From contig JAUCBJ010007967.1 of NCBI GenBank assembly GCA_032718475.1, forward strand, positions 1 to 64,000: a stretch of DNA of 64,000 nucleotides. Direction: 5' to 3'. This document shows, in pieces, positions 1 through 12,554 of this stretch (its first letter is position 1; each line of letters opens with the position of its first letter). The stretch is from Nemertoderma westbladi. Its lineage: Eukaryota > Animalia > Xenacoelomorpha. Position numbers and translations under genes: made by a program. The notes under the pieces are model-generated. The model did no database searches and was not told the origin of the DNA. It saw nothing but the letters and a program-made list of their open reading frames with translations.

Positions 1-2962
1 GAAGCTGAAAGAAAAGCGGAAGCGGCAGAAGCTGAAAGAAAAGCGGCAGCAGCAGCAGCAGTGGCAGAAGCAGAACGGAGGGCATCTGAAGCGAAAGCGC
101 AACTAGAGTTGGAGAACCTTCAGGCGAAACAAGATTACTTAAATAAACAAAGAGCAGCTACTCAGATGCAACTACTGAGTCGATCTACTCCCAGAAGACA
201 GGGATTTACCTCCTCGGATGAAGGTGATACAACTGATCCCGAGGGTAAAGGTAATAACTCTCGTTCAAACGGACATAGAAGAGCGCCCCATAGGCCCAAG
301 TTGCCTAACTTACCCCCTGCAGTGAGAAGGGAGTGTAGACTTAAGTAATAGAGAGCCAACAGCCCAAATTATAAGAGTAGAAAGACTCCCTACTATAGTA
401 GATGAGCCAGAAATAATTAGGCCTTTTAGCGAAGCCACTCCCTTAATAGAGACCCCTTTGCTCCCAGAACCTAACTCTAAATTCCCTTTACACAGTACCA
501 AACTACCTATGTCCAGTAGACAGCTGCCAGAATCTCAGACTGTTATGGACGCCGAGCAAGAGATAATAAATAGATTATCTCCCATTATCCCTATGTGCCA
601 TCCAGCTACGACGTTGGCGACTCCCGCCTCCGCGGTTGAGTGGATGGACGAGGGATGACGGGGGATGGAGGAATTGCTCGGGCAATTGGAAGACAATAAA
701 GCTAAGTCTTCTAAACAAGTCCAAGAATTAGAAGGGACTGTTCAACTGTTAAAGGGAACAGTAAGAGAGAGTAAGTTAGAGCTGCAAGAAGTACAGCAAA
801 ATATCGCTCTCGAGCACGATAAATTGGTAGATATACAAATGGGTATACCACCACCCTCTGTAACAATGTGTCAGCCCGTTAGGTCTGAAGTATTTCATGC
901 GCAAGGTGTGGAGTCTACACGCATCTATACTGCTAGTGAAGTGGAAACTCCTATAGTAAACCCTATTAAGGGTATTAATAAGCCTGTCGATAATGATATC
1001 CCATACAGATCTGATAATAATCCGAGAAATTTATATACCGATAATTCGATATTAAATAATACGATGATGACGATGACATTTTACACGTCAGATGGCTAGA
1101 ACGGAAGCCCGTCAAGCGGTAAAGGTGGGAGAGGTCGTCAAGTTTAATGGAGATGAGATGAAATGGTTACCTTTTAATGAATATTACGAAGATAACATAC
1201 AGAACTCCATACTATCCAGCGGAGAGAAACTACGATTCATCATCGAGTGCTTGGAAGGACTTCCCAAGTTAATGGCTTTATTGGACATCCGGACAGATTG
1301 AGACAAGTTTGGGATACGCTAAACATCAGGTATGGTAATAGGACTAACATAGCTAGATACCTGTATGCGAAATTAGTAGTGCCCCGAAAGTTTCTTAGCA
1401 GTGGGATTATAGAGTTTTACGATGAGATTCAGGAGATCTGTAGACAGTTAGACTAGTTGGGTAAGTCTCATGAATACCAGAGTTCTATGGTTGTAGGAGC
1501 CATAGCATCAACTTTGCCAAAGGGAGGAGTAGGTACTCGCTGGGACAAAAAGGTTCTCTATCTGATGGACCAACAACATAGAGATCCAACCATGGCGGAC
1601 CTTCTGTCATTCTTAAACAGAGAGGAAAGATTACAGCTCATAAAACAGTCTAGAGAGAAGACTCCGGAAACCAAGGTAAGTGAAAAACCCGTTACTAGGA
1701 GAGAGGTAACACCAGTGTGTTTTACGGATTGTGGGAGTCAGACGACGACTTATGATGAGAATAGTGGCAAGGACACCGAGAGATCTTACTATGTAAATAA
1801 GATCAGGAAAGACGTAAGTAAATCTAAGGCTCGAACCAGTGGCAAGAGGGAACAGATGACAACTCCCCCTACGTCTCCTAAGAGAATTCATGGAAGGAAG
1901 CCCAAAGAAAGAGCTAGCGTACAAAACACAATGCAGGTTAAGGTAAGTATCATCAAACCTAAGTGTATATTGTGCGACGGGCCACATCGCTTGAGTGGGT
2001 GTGAAGAATTCTTAAAGAAAGCACTAAAGGATAGACGTGATGTCATGTGGGATAAACGGTTGTGCTATAACTGCCTCAGGCGAGGACATCAACGGAAAAC
2101 CTGTTACTCAGACGCGAGGTGTGCTAAGTGCGGCGCGAAACATCATATCTTGCTGCACACTGAGTTTGATAAGACCCGGATGAGTCAGGTAAGTGAGCCC
2201 GAACTGCATGTCCAATTCAGTCATGTGAACGACACTGACCACAGTTCGGAGATGGAAGGATTCTACACCGATGAATTTTCAGACGAAAATGAATCCTGTT
2301 ATATGATCAACACAACCGTATATCGAGCACTTACGTATGAGACCGAGACGGAGGGAGAGGAACCTCGATTGTCTATTCCAGACCGACAGCTCTCATGGAA
2401 AGCACCAACATCATCTGTCGGTATCCGAGAGTTCCCCATGGTGCAACTGAGAGTACATGGAATAACACTTGACTCCGGCAGTACAGGCACCTTTATAGAC
2501 AAAGACCTAGCCGAAGATATCTTTGTTGGTCAACCAAAGTTCAGAACCAAACTGAACCTTTGCGGGATTATGCAGGTTTGGAAATCCACGGTATCAACTG
2601 ACTACTACGTGGGTTCGTTGTCTACTCCCCAGAATGAACTAGGTGAAAATAGTGTAAGGTCAGTTAAAATAGTGGCGATAAAGAACTTTGCTACTAGCCA
2701 AGTGGAGCCTTACAACTGGGATGAAGACCATTTTACCCAGCAATATAACATACCTAGATTCAGTACCGATTATCCAGGGGTACAGATACTACTCAGCCAA
2801 AATGCGCACTGGGCGCTTGAGACAATAGAAAAACGGCCTGCTCGACCGCGACCACTCCAGACCTACGCGGGAAGAACAAGAGTAGGTTGGTACTTCACGG
2901 GACCTTCCCACAGGACTTTGCAAGAAAGATTCCCGAGAGAGCAAGTCCATCAGGTAAATTAA
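1..2962 (+). pseudogene. BEL gag-protease region, broken by stops and frameshifts
   Basis: KFNGDEMKWLPF...EKLRFI (DUF1759-like). Three Cys/His knuckles CILCDGPH..C, CYNCLRRGH....C, CAKCGAKHH.LLH. Aspartic protease motif LDSGS. Confidence 0.9.
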
Positions 2963-3259
2963 TGTGAGGAAGATATAAGTGAAGAAGAAATTCCAGCTGA
3001 GGAAACTCAATACTCCTCAGATACCGACGATATACAGAATTTGTATGACGAGGAAAATACCATTGAACTCTTCACTGAAAATCAAACTTGGTTAAACCAA
3101 GTTAACTTGTGTAACCTTATCAGTCAAAATAGCGAACAATTGACTTATGACGACGAACTAAATGAAGCGGTAGAGCAGTACAATAGTAAGGTATGCGATG
3201 AACACGCCGTCTGATTCTTTACTCAAGAAGTCGTAGAGCCTAATTCCTGAGACAAAGCG

Positions 3260-5710
3260 TTGTCCGTTGAGGAAGAGAGAGCCAAGCAGATTCAGGAAAC
3301 GACTACATGTTATCTGAAAGATGAGGGTCATTATGAAATTGGTCTGCCTTTCAGACGGAGAGAACCAAGCTTCGTGAATAACCGACCTTTGGCGGAAAAA
3401 AGAATCGCACAACTACATCGGCATTTGTCTGCTAACGATCGAGCCAAAGAAATGTATAAAACTCAATTAAAGAAGTTTATAGACAAGGGATACACGGGGA
3501 GCGAGTTCCGGAAGAAACACCCATAACGGAGAGAATGTAGTATTTTTGACACATCATTACGTTCCCAAGCCCGGTAAACCAAACGAAGTCCGGGTAGTGT
3601 TTGACGGCTCCGCCCTTTATAGGGGACAAACCCTAAATTCAGAACTGTTGCCGGGACCCAACTTACTCCAATCTTTGTTGAGAATATTACTACGACTGCG
3701 GCAATATTCGATCGCCTTCGCTTCGGACATTGAAGGCATGTTTCTACAAGTTAAAGCGTTAGTTAGGGATCGAGACAGCCTACGATTTCTGTGGTGGCCT
3801 GAAGGAGACCTCAACCAAAAACCGGTGGAGTACTGGATGACAATCCAGGCTTTCGTGATCATATCGAGCCCCTCGAATGCTTGTTCGGTAGTGCGCACCA
3901 CTGCCAATGATAATAGAGACGCCTTCTCTAAAGCGGTTATCGACAACATCAAACAGGATATTTACATGGACGACAATCTAAAGTCCCACCCATCGGTAGA
4001 AGAAGCAATCGATGTTGCCAAGGGAATGGTAGAATGCTTACAATGAGGTGGATTTCGCCTAACCAAATTCACTAGTAACTCCCGTGAGTTCCTGGAATCG
4101 ATCCCAGTAGAAGACCGAGGTGCTGTTAAAGACCTTGACCTCATTAAGGACGATCTTCCAGAAACCAAGACTCTTGGACTGAAATGGGGCACAGAGAGAG
4201 ATATTTTATTCTTTCAACTGAAGCAACGGGATAATCCAGTTAGAACTAAACGGATTTGTCTGAGTATTCTGAGCACTTATTTCAATCCGTTGGGATTCAT
4301 TAGCCCAGTCATACTAGTTGCTCGGAGCTTAGTACAACAAATGTGGCTCGAAAACCACTCATGGGATGATCCACTCAAGGGAGAACTGCTAAAGAAGTGG
4401 ATGAAATGGGAAGATTCTTTACCATCCATCGAGAACTTTACGATTTCCCGTTCATATTTTGGTCACGTTCTCCCCACATATTCCTATCAACTCCATGTGT
4501 TTGGAGACGCCAGCGATATGGGAATAGGTATAGTAGCCTACCTGAGGGTTGAAACTCCAGATGGAATTAAAGTTGCCTTGGTTACCTCTAAGGCCTTGAT
4601 AAACAACAAGCTACGAGTTCCTCGAGCGGAGTTAAAGGCGGCTTTATACGCTACAGCCATCGGCCGGAATGTAACAGAACAGATCCACTGGAGAAAACTG
4701 TCTATTGGACTGATGCTTTACTCGTTTTGGAGTATATAACCAATGAAGTCTGTCAGTTCAGCATCTTCGTTACCAACAGAGTAGCCATTATACTTAGTCG
4801 CACTAATGTCAATCAATGGAGACATTGCCCTGGGACGATTAATCAAGCCGACATCGCCTCCAGAGGAGCAACTCCTCAAGAACTGATAGATACTCCGGAC
4901 TGGTTAGGTGGACCCGACTTCCTAAGTAAAGAAGAAGATGAATGGCCTCCTCATCTTACCACGGCTGAGATTAGAAAAGCCAAGGGAGCGGAGAAAGTCA
5001 AACCTAAAAACTAAATTATTGAGCTTACGACGAGAGATCGCTCGCTTTGGAACTAGTAACACGATGAGATCTGATAAGGGAACAAACTTCATTGGTGCCA
5101 ACAATGAAATCAAGGCTTACGTCAAAGATTGGAACCAAAGACAGGCGGACAATCAGCTAAGCGTAACAGTGTCTAGCTGGACCTTCAATGCCGCCGACGC
5201 CCCTTGGTGGGGAGGAAGTTGGGAGAGATTAATAAGGAGCATGAAGACCGCATTTCACTTTATAGTGCCGTGCCGCGCATATCTCACCGACAAACTTTTG
5301 CGGACATTAATGGAAGAAATCGCCGCCTATCTCAACAAGAGACCGCTTATGCCAGTCTCATCGAGTCCTGACTCCCTAGAAGCGCTAACACCCGCGATTT
5401 CATACTAAAGAAACCTGTAGCCATGCTCCCGCAATCGGAAATAACAGACGGAGACGAATACTGCCGACAAACTTGGCAACTTATGCAGTTATTATCCCGT
5501 AGTTTCGCTGACCATTTCGAAAAACATTATCTTCCTACGCTACAACTTCAAACAAAGTGGTTTGCGCAGCAAGAAAACGTCAGCACCGGAGACATGGTCC
5601 TTATCGTGGAATCAGATCTTCCCCGTAAGAGATGGCAGACAGGTCGTATCATCGAGACTCATATATCCGATGATGGTTTAGTGCGATCGGTAGAACTCGT
5701 CGTCATGTGA
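3260..5710 (+). pseudogene. BEL pol: RT, RNase H, partial integrase and C-terminal DUF5641-like region, with several stops and frameshifts
   Basis: RVVFDGS, LLPGPNL, DIEGMFLQV, YMDD (RT). LHVFGDAS, PRAELKAA, WRHCPG..NQADIASRG (Pao RNase H region). SDKGTNFIGA, PWWGGSWER (integrase). WQTGRIIE...DGLVRSV. Confidence 0.92.
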
Positions 5711-7011
5711 TGTAACTTTAATAAACCTGGAATTGTGTTCGAAACGCAACAACTTAATCGCCCGGTTGGTCGTTTTTTTTTACTTGAAAGAGACCGAGAG
5801 TTGTCCGGTAACTATGGAAGGCAAGAGACTTTTCCCACGACCACCTCCCTAATCCAACAAACATCTAGGGACTCCCGAATGTAACAGCGTTTGGAGTGAC
5901 TACATTATTTTTTTATTTTTATATTTACATATGTATTATTATGAAATTTATATTATTATAATCGTTTTCTTTAATTTTTATTTAGTAGAATAATATTTTA
6001 ACGATTATTCAGTAGATTAGTGCAATATATTTCGTGTTTTATTACTTAATTACTTAGTATAATATATTTCGTTAACGGCGAGAAATAATGTCATTTTCTC
6101 TTTCCTTACTGTCCGTATCATACTATAAATACGTGACTACAGTAAGATGATATGTCAGTACTTATTAAAGTACAATATACCGCCCCTACTATACTTAAGT
6201 ATTATTGGTAAGTAGAGTATTAGGAATGCAAAGTTCAGATCCTCGTGTCTCGGCTAAACCAAGCTCTGGGTAGACCTTGGAAACGACTTGCCTCTTCTCA
6301 CTGACATTGCTTCTTGCAATATTGCTCTCATACCGTATCTTAAATAATACATATAGTAGAAAGATGTCCATTTAACAGTAGCGTTGAAGCGCGCAAAATA
6401 AATCTGTTAAACCCTTTGACCATCTGAAATTCTAGTCGATTAAGATATCGCGGCACCCATCAATATACTTGAAAGACAAAGTTCTAGAATCAGTGGTTAA
6501 CGTCCCCAGACATGTTCTGGAATAAATCGGTGCCCATCCTAAATATTAAATATTTGATAAATATTTACAACGTTTGTTATAACAAATGTTAAAATTGAGG
6601 AAATGCTAACAAATCTGTTAAACCTTTAGATCCTCTAAAATTCTAGTCGATTAAGATATCGTAGTACTTACCAATACTCTTAAAAGACAAAATTCTGGAA
6701 TTAAGGATCCTAGTCCCCAGACATGTGGTTCTGGAATAAAACTGTGTCTATTTTAATATCAAATAATAAAATTCACGGGAATAAATTTTAAATTCATATC
6801 CTCTCATGAATTTAATAAATTGTCATTTTATGCAATTTATACACATTCCCAAAATTCCGTTAATTAATAGATCATGGGAGCGGAGATTCACCCTATTAAG
6901 TATATCAGTCTGAGAGAATCTCCAGTGTTTAGTCAATAGCCGATAAAATTCATAAAATCATGTATAAGGGGAATATTGACAATTAAAGAGTCACTATTAA
7001 ATAGCATCCCA

Positions 7012-8842
7012 GGGCCGAGTAACTCAAAAAATCTTGAGATTGACCTTGAAATCCACTTCAAGGTCACCTTGAAACTCAAGTTTTACCTTGACTAAGATTT
7101 TCTTGAGTTTCAGTCAAGCGGGTAACTCAAAGCAATACTTAGTCAAGGTTATACTTGAAATTTCAAGGCTCACCTTGAGAATTAAAGATGGACGAAGTAT
7201 TTGTTTATTTCAGCAGTTGCCTAGGTTTTGCAGTGAAGCCCATTGTGTATACCTGCAATAATAAACAGTAGGCCTACTCAATACAGTACATTAAAGCGTT
7301 AAACACACTGTTAATAATAATAATAATATATATTTATATAGCGCTAATACCAAAATAAGATATTTAAGCTCTAAGCGCTTTTATTTCTAAAAATGAAATT
7401 TAAAAATGCAAACATTTAAAAACAGTCATTGCGATCTTGAAGTCGATTCTACACTTAACTGGCAACCAATGTAATTGTTTTAAAACTGGTGTAATATGAT
7501 CCCTCCTACCGATTTTACATAGTAACCGCGCAGCACAGTTTTGGACGTATTGTAATTGCTTTATGGACTTATTGGATAATCCGAAATAAAGAGCATTATT
7601 GGAGTCCAATCTAGATGATATCAATGCGTGAATTACTGTTTTAAGATGGTTTTTAGGTAGGTATAACTGTATGCGCGACAAGTTTCTCAGTTGATGAAAG
7701 CAACTACGAACTACATTAGAGATTCGTTTATCAAACATCAGATGTTGATCGACAACAAAGCCAATATTCCGTGCAGAGGAAGTATTAAACACCTGGTTAT
7801 TTTCAATATGCAAACTTTGAGTTGGCACTAGTTGGGAGAACTTTGACTGACATACTATGAATTATGTTTTGTCAGGGTTCATCTTCATCCAGTGTCTAGT
7901 CATCCATTGCTTTACTTCACAATTATACATTTTTCACTTAACAGTATCGCATTAGACAAGTTTTCACGCTTGAACGAAATATATATTTGTGTATCGTCGG
8001 CATACAAATGATACCCAAGACCATATTTAGCAATAACGCGGGATAGTGACCGAGTATACAGTGTGAAAAGCAGGGGTCGAAGTACCGAACCTTGTGGTAC
8101 ACCATACCGCAATGTTCTGGAAGCAGATTGTGCTGAGCCTATCTGAACCTTCTGTATCCGATCTGACAAATAAGATTTGAACCAATTTAGAATCGCTAAA
8201 ATCACTAGCTAGCTTGAAAATAATTAGTAGCTATCAATGTTTATAGATAATTAAACTATTTATTAACATAACAAATAATTTCTAATAAATTTATTTTTTT
8301 TAAATGTTCTAGAACAAAAAATATTTGTTCTAGAACATTTTTTTTTTACAAAACTATAGCTAATTTGATATAGAAAATTTAAAAAAAAGTAGCAAAAACT
8401 AGCTACTACCAAAAAATCCCGGTCATGGGTACACATACTCGCAGAAGTGCCGCTGTACAGTATAACTCTAGCTACAGTATCATTCATTATATTCATGATC
8501 AACTGAGTTTTATTTAGAAATTTCGGGTCTGGGGTATTCTGCAAAAATGCCGCTTACGGTACCGGTAGCGGAAGGCTAACACCTAACTGCTGAAACATTG
8601 ATTTGAAGATACCTTGAAATTTGAAGGTACCTCCATGGCTACCTTGAAATTTATCTCGAATCTTGACTTTAACTCAAGTCAAGATATTTTGTGTTACCGG
8701 CTTGAAATGTCAAGTTCACCTTGAGGAAAATCTGAAGTCTACCTTAAGGTTGACCTTGAAATATTTCAGATAGGAATACTAGTAAAATAGATTCAAGGTT
8801 AGTTTCAAGGTCAATCTCAAGATTTTTTGAGTTACTCGGCCC
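7012..8842. mobile_element. Non-autonomous DNA transposon with perfect 40-bp terminal inverted repeats, inserted in the BEL 3' region
   Basis: GGGCCGAGTAACTCAAAAAATCTTGAGATTGACCTTGAAA at 7012-7051 and its exact reverse complement at 8803-8842. Subterminal ACCTTGAAA/TTCAAGGT repeats. Copy B shows the empty site (GCATCCCAGATCTG near 36690). TSD ambiguous (possible CCCA). Confidence 0.88.
7400..8205 (-). mobile_element. 5'-truncated L2/CR1-group LINE reverse transcriptase fragment nested in the TIR element
   Basis: WFKSYLSDR, YGVPQGSVL.PLLF, YADDTQIY, SRLD..NAL, HITPVLKQLHWLPV..RIDFK. Confidence 0.88.
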
Positions 8843-8976
8843 AAATCTGTATGCATGAGAAATACCCTAATTCTACCGCTAGCTTTGCATAATGTCACCA
8901 TAGTAACAACTACGCTAGAATTAGAAGTGAGTTAAAAGAACAATAGAAAGCTTGTCCCATTGAATAGCATGCGGAC

Positions 8977-11676
8977 GATAGAAGGTGCAAGTGATTCAGT
9001 GACCCGATGGCGCCCGTTTCAACCGATAGAAGGTGCAAGTGATTCAGTGACGCGATGGCGCCGTACAACCGATAGAAGGTGCAAGTGATTCAGTGACCTG
9101 ATGGCGCCGTACAACCGATAGAAGGTGCAAGTGATTCAGTGACCTGATGGCGCCGTACAACCGATAGAAGGTGCAAGTGATTCGGTGACCTGATGGCGCC
9201 GTACAACCGATAGAAGGTGCAAGTGATTCAGTGACCCGATGGCGCCGTACAACCGATAGAAGGTGCAAGTGATTCAGTGACCCGATGGCGCCGTACAACC
9301 GATAGAAGGTGCAAGTGATTCAGTGACGCGATGGCGCCGTACAACCGATAGAAGGTGCAAGTGATTCAGTGACCCGATGGCGCCGTACAACCGATAGAAG
9401 GTGCAAGTGATTCAGTGACCCGATGGCGCCGTACAACCGATAGAAGGTGCAAGTGATTCAGTGACCCGATGGCGCCGTACAACCGATAGAAGGTGCAAGT
9501 GATTCAGTGACCCGATGGCGCCGTACAACCGATAGAAGGTGCAAGTGATTCAGTGACCCGATGGCGCCGTACAACCGATAGAAGGTGCAAGTGATTCAGT
9601 GACCCGATGGCGCCGTACAACCGATAGAAGGTGCAAGTGATTCAGTGACCCGATGGCGCCGTACAACCGATAGAAGGTGCAAGTGATTCAGTGACCCGAT
9701 GGCGCCGTACAACCGATAGAAGGTGCAAGTGATTCAGTGACCCGATGGCGCCGTACAACCGATAGAAGGGGCAAGTGATTCAGTGACCCGATGGCGCCGT
9801 ACAACCGATAGAAGGTGCAAGTGATTCAGTGACCCGATGGCGCCGTACAACCGATAGAAGGTGCAAGTGATTCAGTGACCCGATGGCGCCGTACAACCGA
9901 TAGAAGGTGCAAGTGATTCAGTGACCCGATGGCGCCGTACAACCGATAGAAGGTGCAAGTGATTCAGTGACCCGATGGCGCCGTACAACCGATAGAAGGT
10001 GCAAGTGATTCAGTGACCCGATGGCGCCGTACAACCGATAGAAGGTGCAAGTGATTCAGTGACCCGATGGCGCCCGTTTCAACCGATAGAAGGTGCAAGT
10101 GATTCAGTAACCTGATGGCGCCTCAACCGATAGAAGGTGCAAGTGATTCAGTGACCCGATGGCGCCGTACAACCGATAGAAGGTGCAAGTGATTCAGTGA
10201 CCCGATGGCGCCGTACAACCGATAGAAGGTGCAAGTGATTCAGTGACCCGATGGCGCCGTACAACCGATAGAAGGTGCAAGTGATTCAGTGACCCGATGG
10301 CGCACGTTTCAACCGATAGAAGGTGCAAGTGATTCAGTGACCCGATGGCGCCGTACAACCGATAGAAGGTGCAAGTGATTCAGTGACCCGATGGCGCCGT
10401 ACAACCGATAGAAGGTGCAAGTGATTCAGTGACCCGATGGCGCCGTACAACCGATAGAAGGTGCAAGTGATTCGGTGACCTGATGGCGCCCGTTTCAACC
10501 GATAGAAGGTGCAAGTGATTCAGTGACCCGATGGCGCCGTACAACCGATAGAAGGTGCAAGTGATTCAGTGACCCGATGGCGCCGTACAACCGATAGAAG
10601 GTGCAAGTGATTCAGTGACCCGATGGCGCCGTACAACCGATAGAAGGTGCAAGTGATTCAGTGACCCGATGGCGCCGTACAACCGATAGAAGGTGCAAGT
10701 GATTCGGTGACCTGATGGCGCCCGTTTCAACCGATAGAAGGTGCAAGTGATTCAGTGACCCGATGGCGCCGTACAACCGATAGAAGGTGCAAGTGATTCA
10801 GTGACCCGATGGCGCCGTACAACCGATAGAAGGTGCAAGTGATTCAGTGACCCGATGGCGCCGTACAACCGATAGAAGGTGCAAGTGATTCAGTGACCCG
10901 ATGGCGCCGTACAACCGATAGAAGGTGCAAGTGATTCGGTGACCTGATGGCGCCCGTTTCAACCGATAGAAGGTGCAAGTGATTCAGTGACCCGATGGCG
11001 CCGTACAACCGATAGAAGGTGCAAGTGATTCAGTGACGCGATGGCGCCGTACAACCGATAGAAGGTGCAAGTGATTCAGTGACGCGATGGCGCCGTACAA
11101 CCGATAGAAGGTGCAAGTGATTCAGTGACCCGATGGCGCCGTACAACCGATAGAAGGTGCAAGTGATTCAGTGACCTGATGGCGCCTCAACCGATAGAAG
11201 GTGCAAGTGATTCAGTGACCCGATGGCGCCGTACAACCGATAGAAGGTGCAAGTGATTCAGTGACCCGATGGCGCCGTACAACTGATAGAAGGTGCAAGT
11301 GATTCAGTGACCCGATGGCGCCGTACAACCGATAGAAGGTGCAAGTGATTCAGTGACCTGATGGCGCCTCAACCGATAGAAGGTGCAAGTGATTCAGTGA
11401 CCTGATGGCGCCTCAACCGATAGAAGGTGCAAGTGATTCAGTGAGCCGATGGCGCCGTACAACCGATAGAAGGTGCAAGTGATTCAGTGACCCGATGGCG
11501 CCGTACAACCGATAGAAGGTGCAAGTGATTCAGTGACCCGATGGCGCCGTACAACCGAAAGAAGGTGCAAGTGATTCAGTGACCCGATGGCGCCGTACAA
11601 CCGATAGAAGGTGCAAGTAATTCAGTGACCCGATGGCGCCATACAACCGATAGAAGGTGCAAGTGATTCAGTGACC
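8977..11676. repeat. 46-bp tandem satellite, about 58-59 copies
   Basis: Unit GATAGAAGGTGCAAGTGATTCAGTGACCCGATGGCGCCGTACAACC, near-identical and without spacers. 44- and 48-bp variants occur. Confidence 0.98.
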
Positions 11677-11704
11677 AATTCAAGTGAGTGATAGTTATTA
11701 TAAC

Positions 11705-12075
11705 TGTATAAAGATCATCAGTCTGCGTTTAGGAAAATAATTTTAATGCAAAACAGGACGAGCGACAAGCGCAACGAGGCATATAATGAAGACGAGTACT
11801 GCGTAGACTATATTCCTATTAACCATACCTGGCTTCGCCTATTGAAGGCATCGGTAGTTATAAAGTACTGGTGGGTGGAAAGAGTGGGGGGGGGGGGGTG
11901 TGCAGATTAAAAGGGGTGAACACGTACTGTCCACCTTTCTTTGATTGATTGGTGGTGTGGGTAAATTTCTAAAAACCTGATTTGTGATACAGTCGCTCAA
12001 TTTTAAGTTGTATCTCATAACTGGGCCTCGTGCTGCGCGAATGCCCCACGAACGTGTATGTACTGTATATGAAAC
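11705..12075 (+). repeat. Dispersed repeat, with related copies at 40610-41005 (-) and 63810-64000 (+)
   Basis: Shared TATAATGAAGACGAGTACTGC...TATATTCCTAT block in all three copies. G-run/GTGCAGATTAAAAGGGGTGAACACGTACTG and AACTGGGCCTCGTGCTGCGCGAA.GCCCCACGAAC shared with the 40.6-kb copy. Confidence 0.8.
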
Positions 12076-12554
12076 TACAATACATACTATATGATACAAG
12101 CCTGCCAACGATCAACAAGCCTGCCAACGATCAACAAGCCTGCACGGCGAGAACTGGCAATAATAATGGATCCCTTGCTTTCAATATTGTTGTAATAAAT
12201 TACGGGGCTATGGAGGGCAGCCTAAAAACGAACATTGGGCAAAGTACAGGCTGTACAAACAATTGTATGTTAGCCTATATAAAAAACAGTTTCTAGGAAA
12301 TTTCCCACAATTCTAAACGAAGCAGAGCAAATTTTGCCGAAAGAATTTTGATTGCGTGAATTCCACAATTATGATTGGGCATTCTAGAATTAATTTCACT
12401 GTTGCTAGGTAACCAACAGGTCCCTCGCAACCAAACCCAAGTTGCACACACAACTAGGTCCGATAATGAACCGATCATCAAAGTTTCATCCAATTCCATC
12501 AATATTAAGTGCAAGAAGTTGTGTGTACAAACAAACAAAACAAACACACACACA

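Larger units (their letters stand above)
1..8970 (+). mobile_element. BEL/Pao LTR retrotransposon, copy A (decayed; 5' end outside window; 3' region interrupted by a TIR element and cut off by a satellite)
   Basis: Domain order gag-PR-RT-RNaseH-IN with BEL-type motifs. Colinear with copy B at 32170-36820. Homology to B ends at ...TAGCAT (8970). Confidence 0.93.

Noticed and set aside
6237-6260. Canonical HDV-like ribozyme
   Set aside because: An L3-like TCCTCGTG is present, but no P1 3' strand followed by GG, P4 and P2 could be assigned.
8977-11676. CRISPR array
   Set aside because: Units are contiguous with no unique spacers, there are no cas genes, and the context is eukaryotic.
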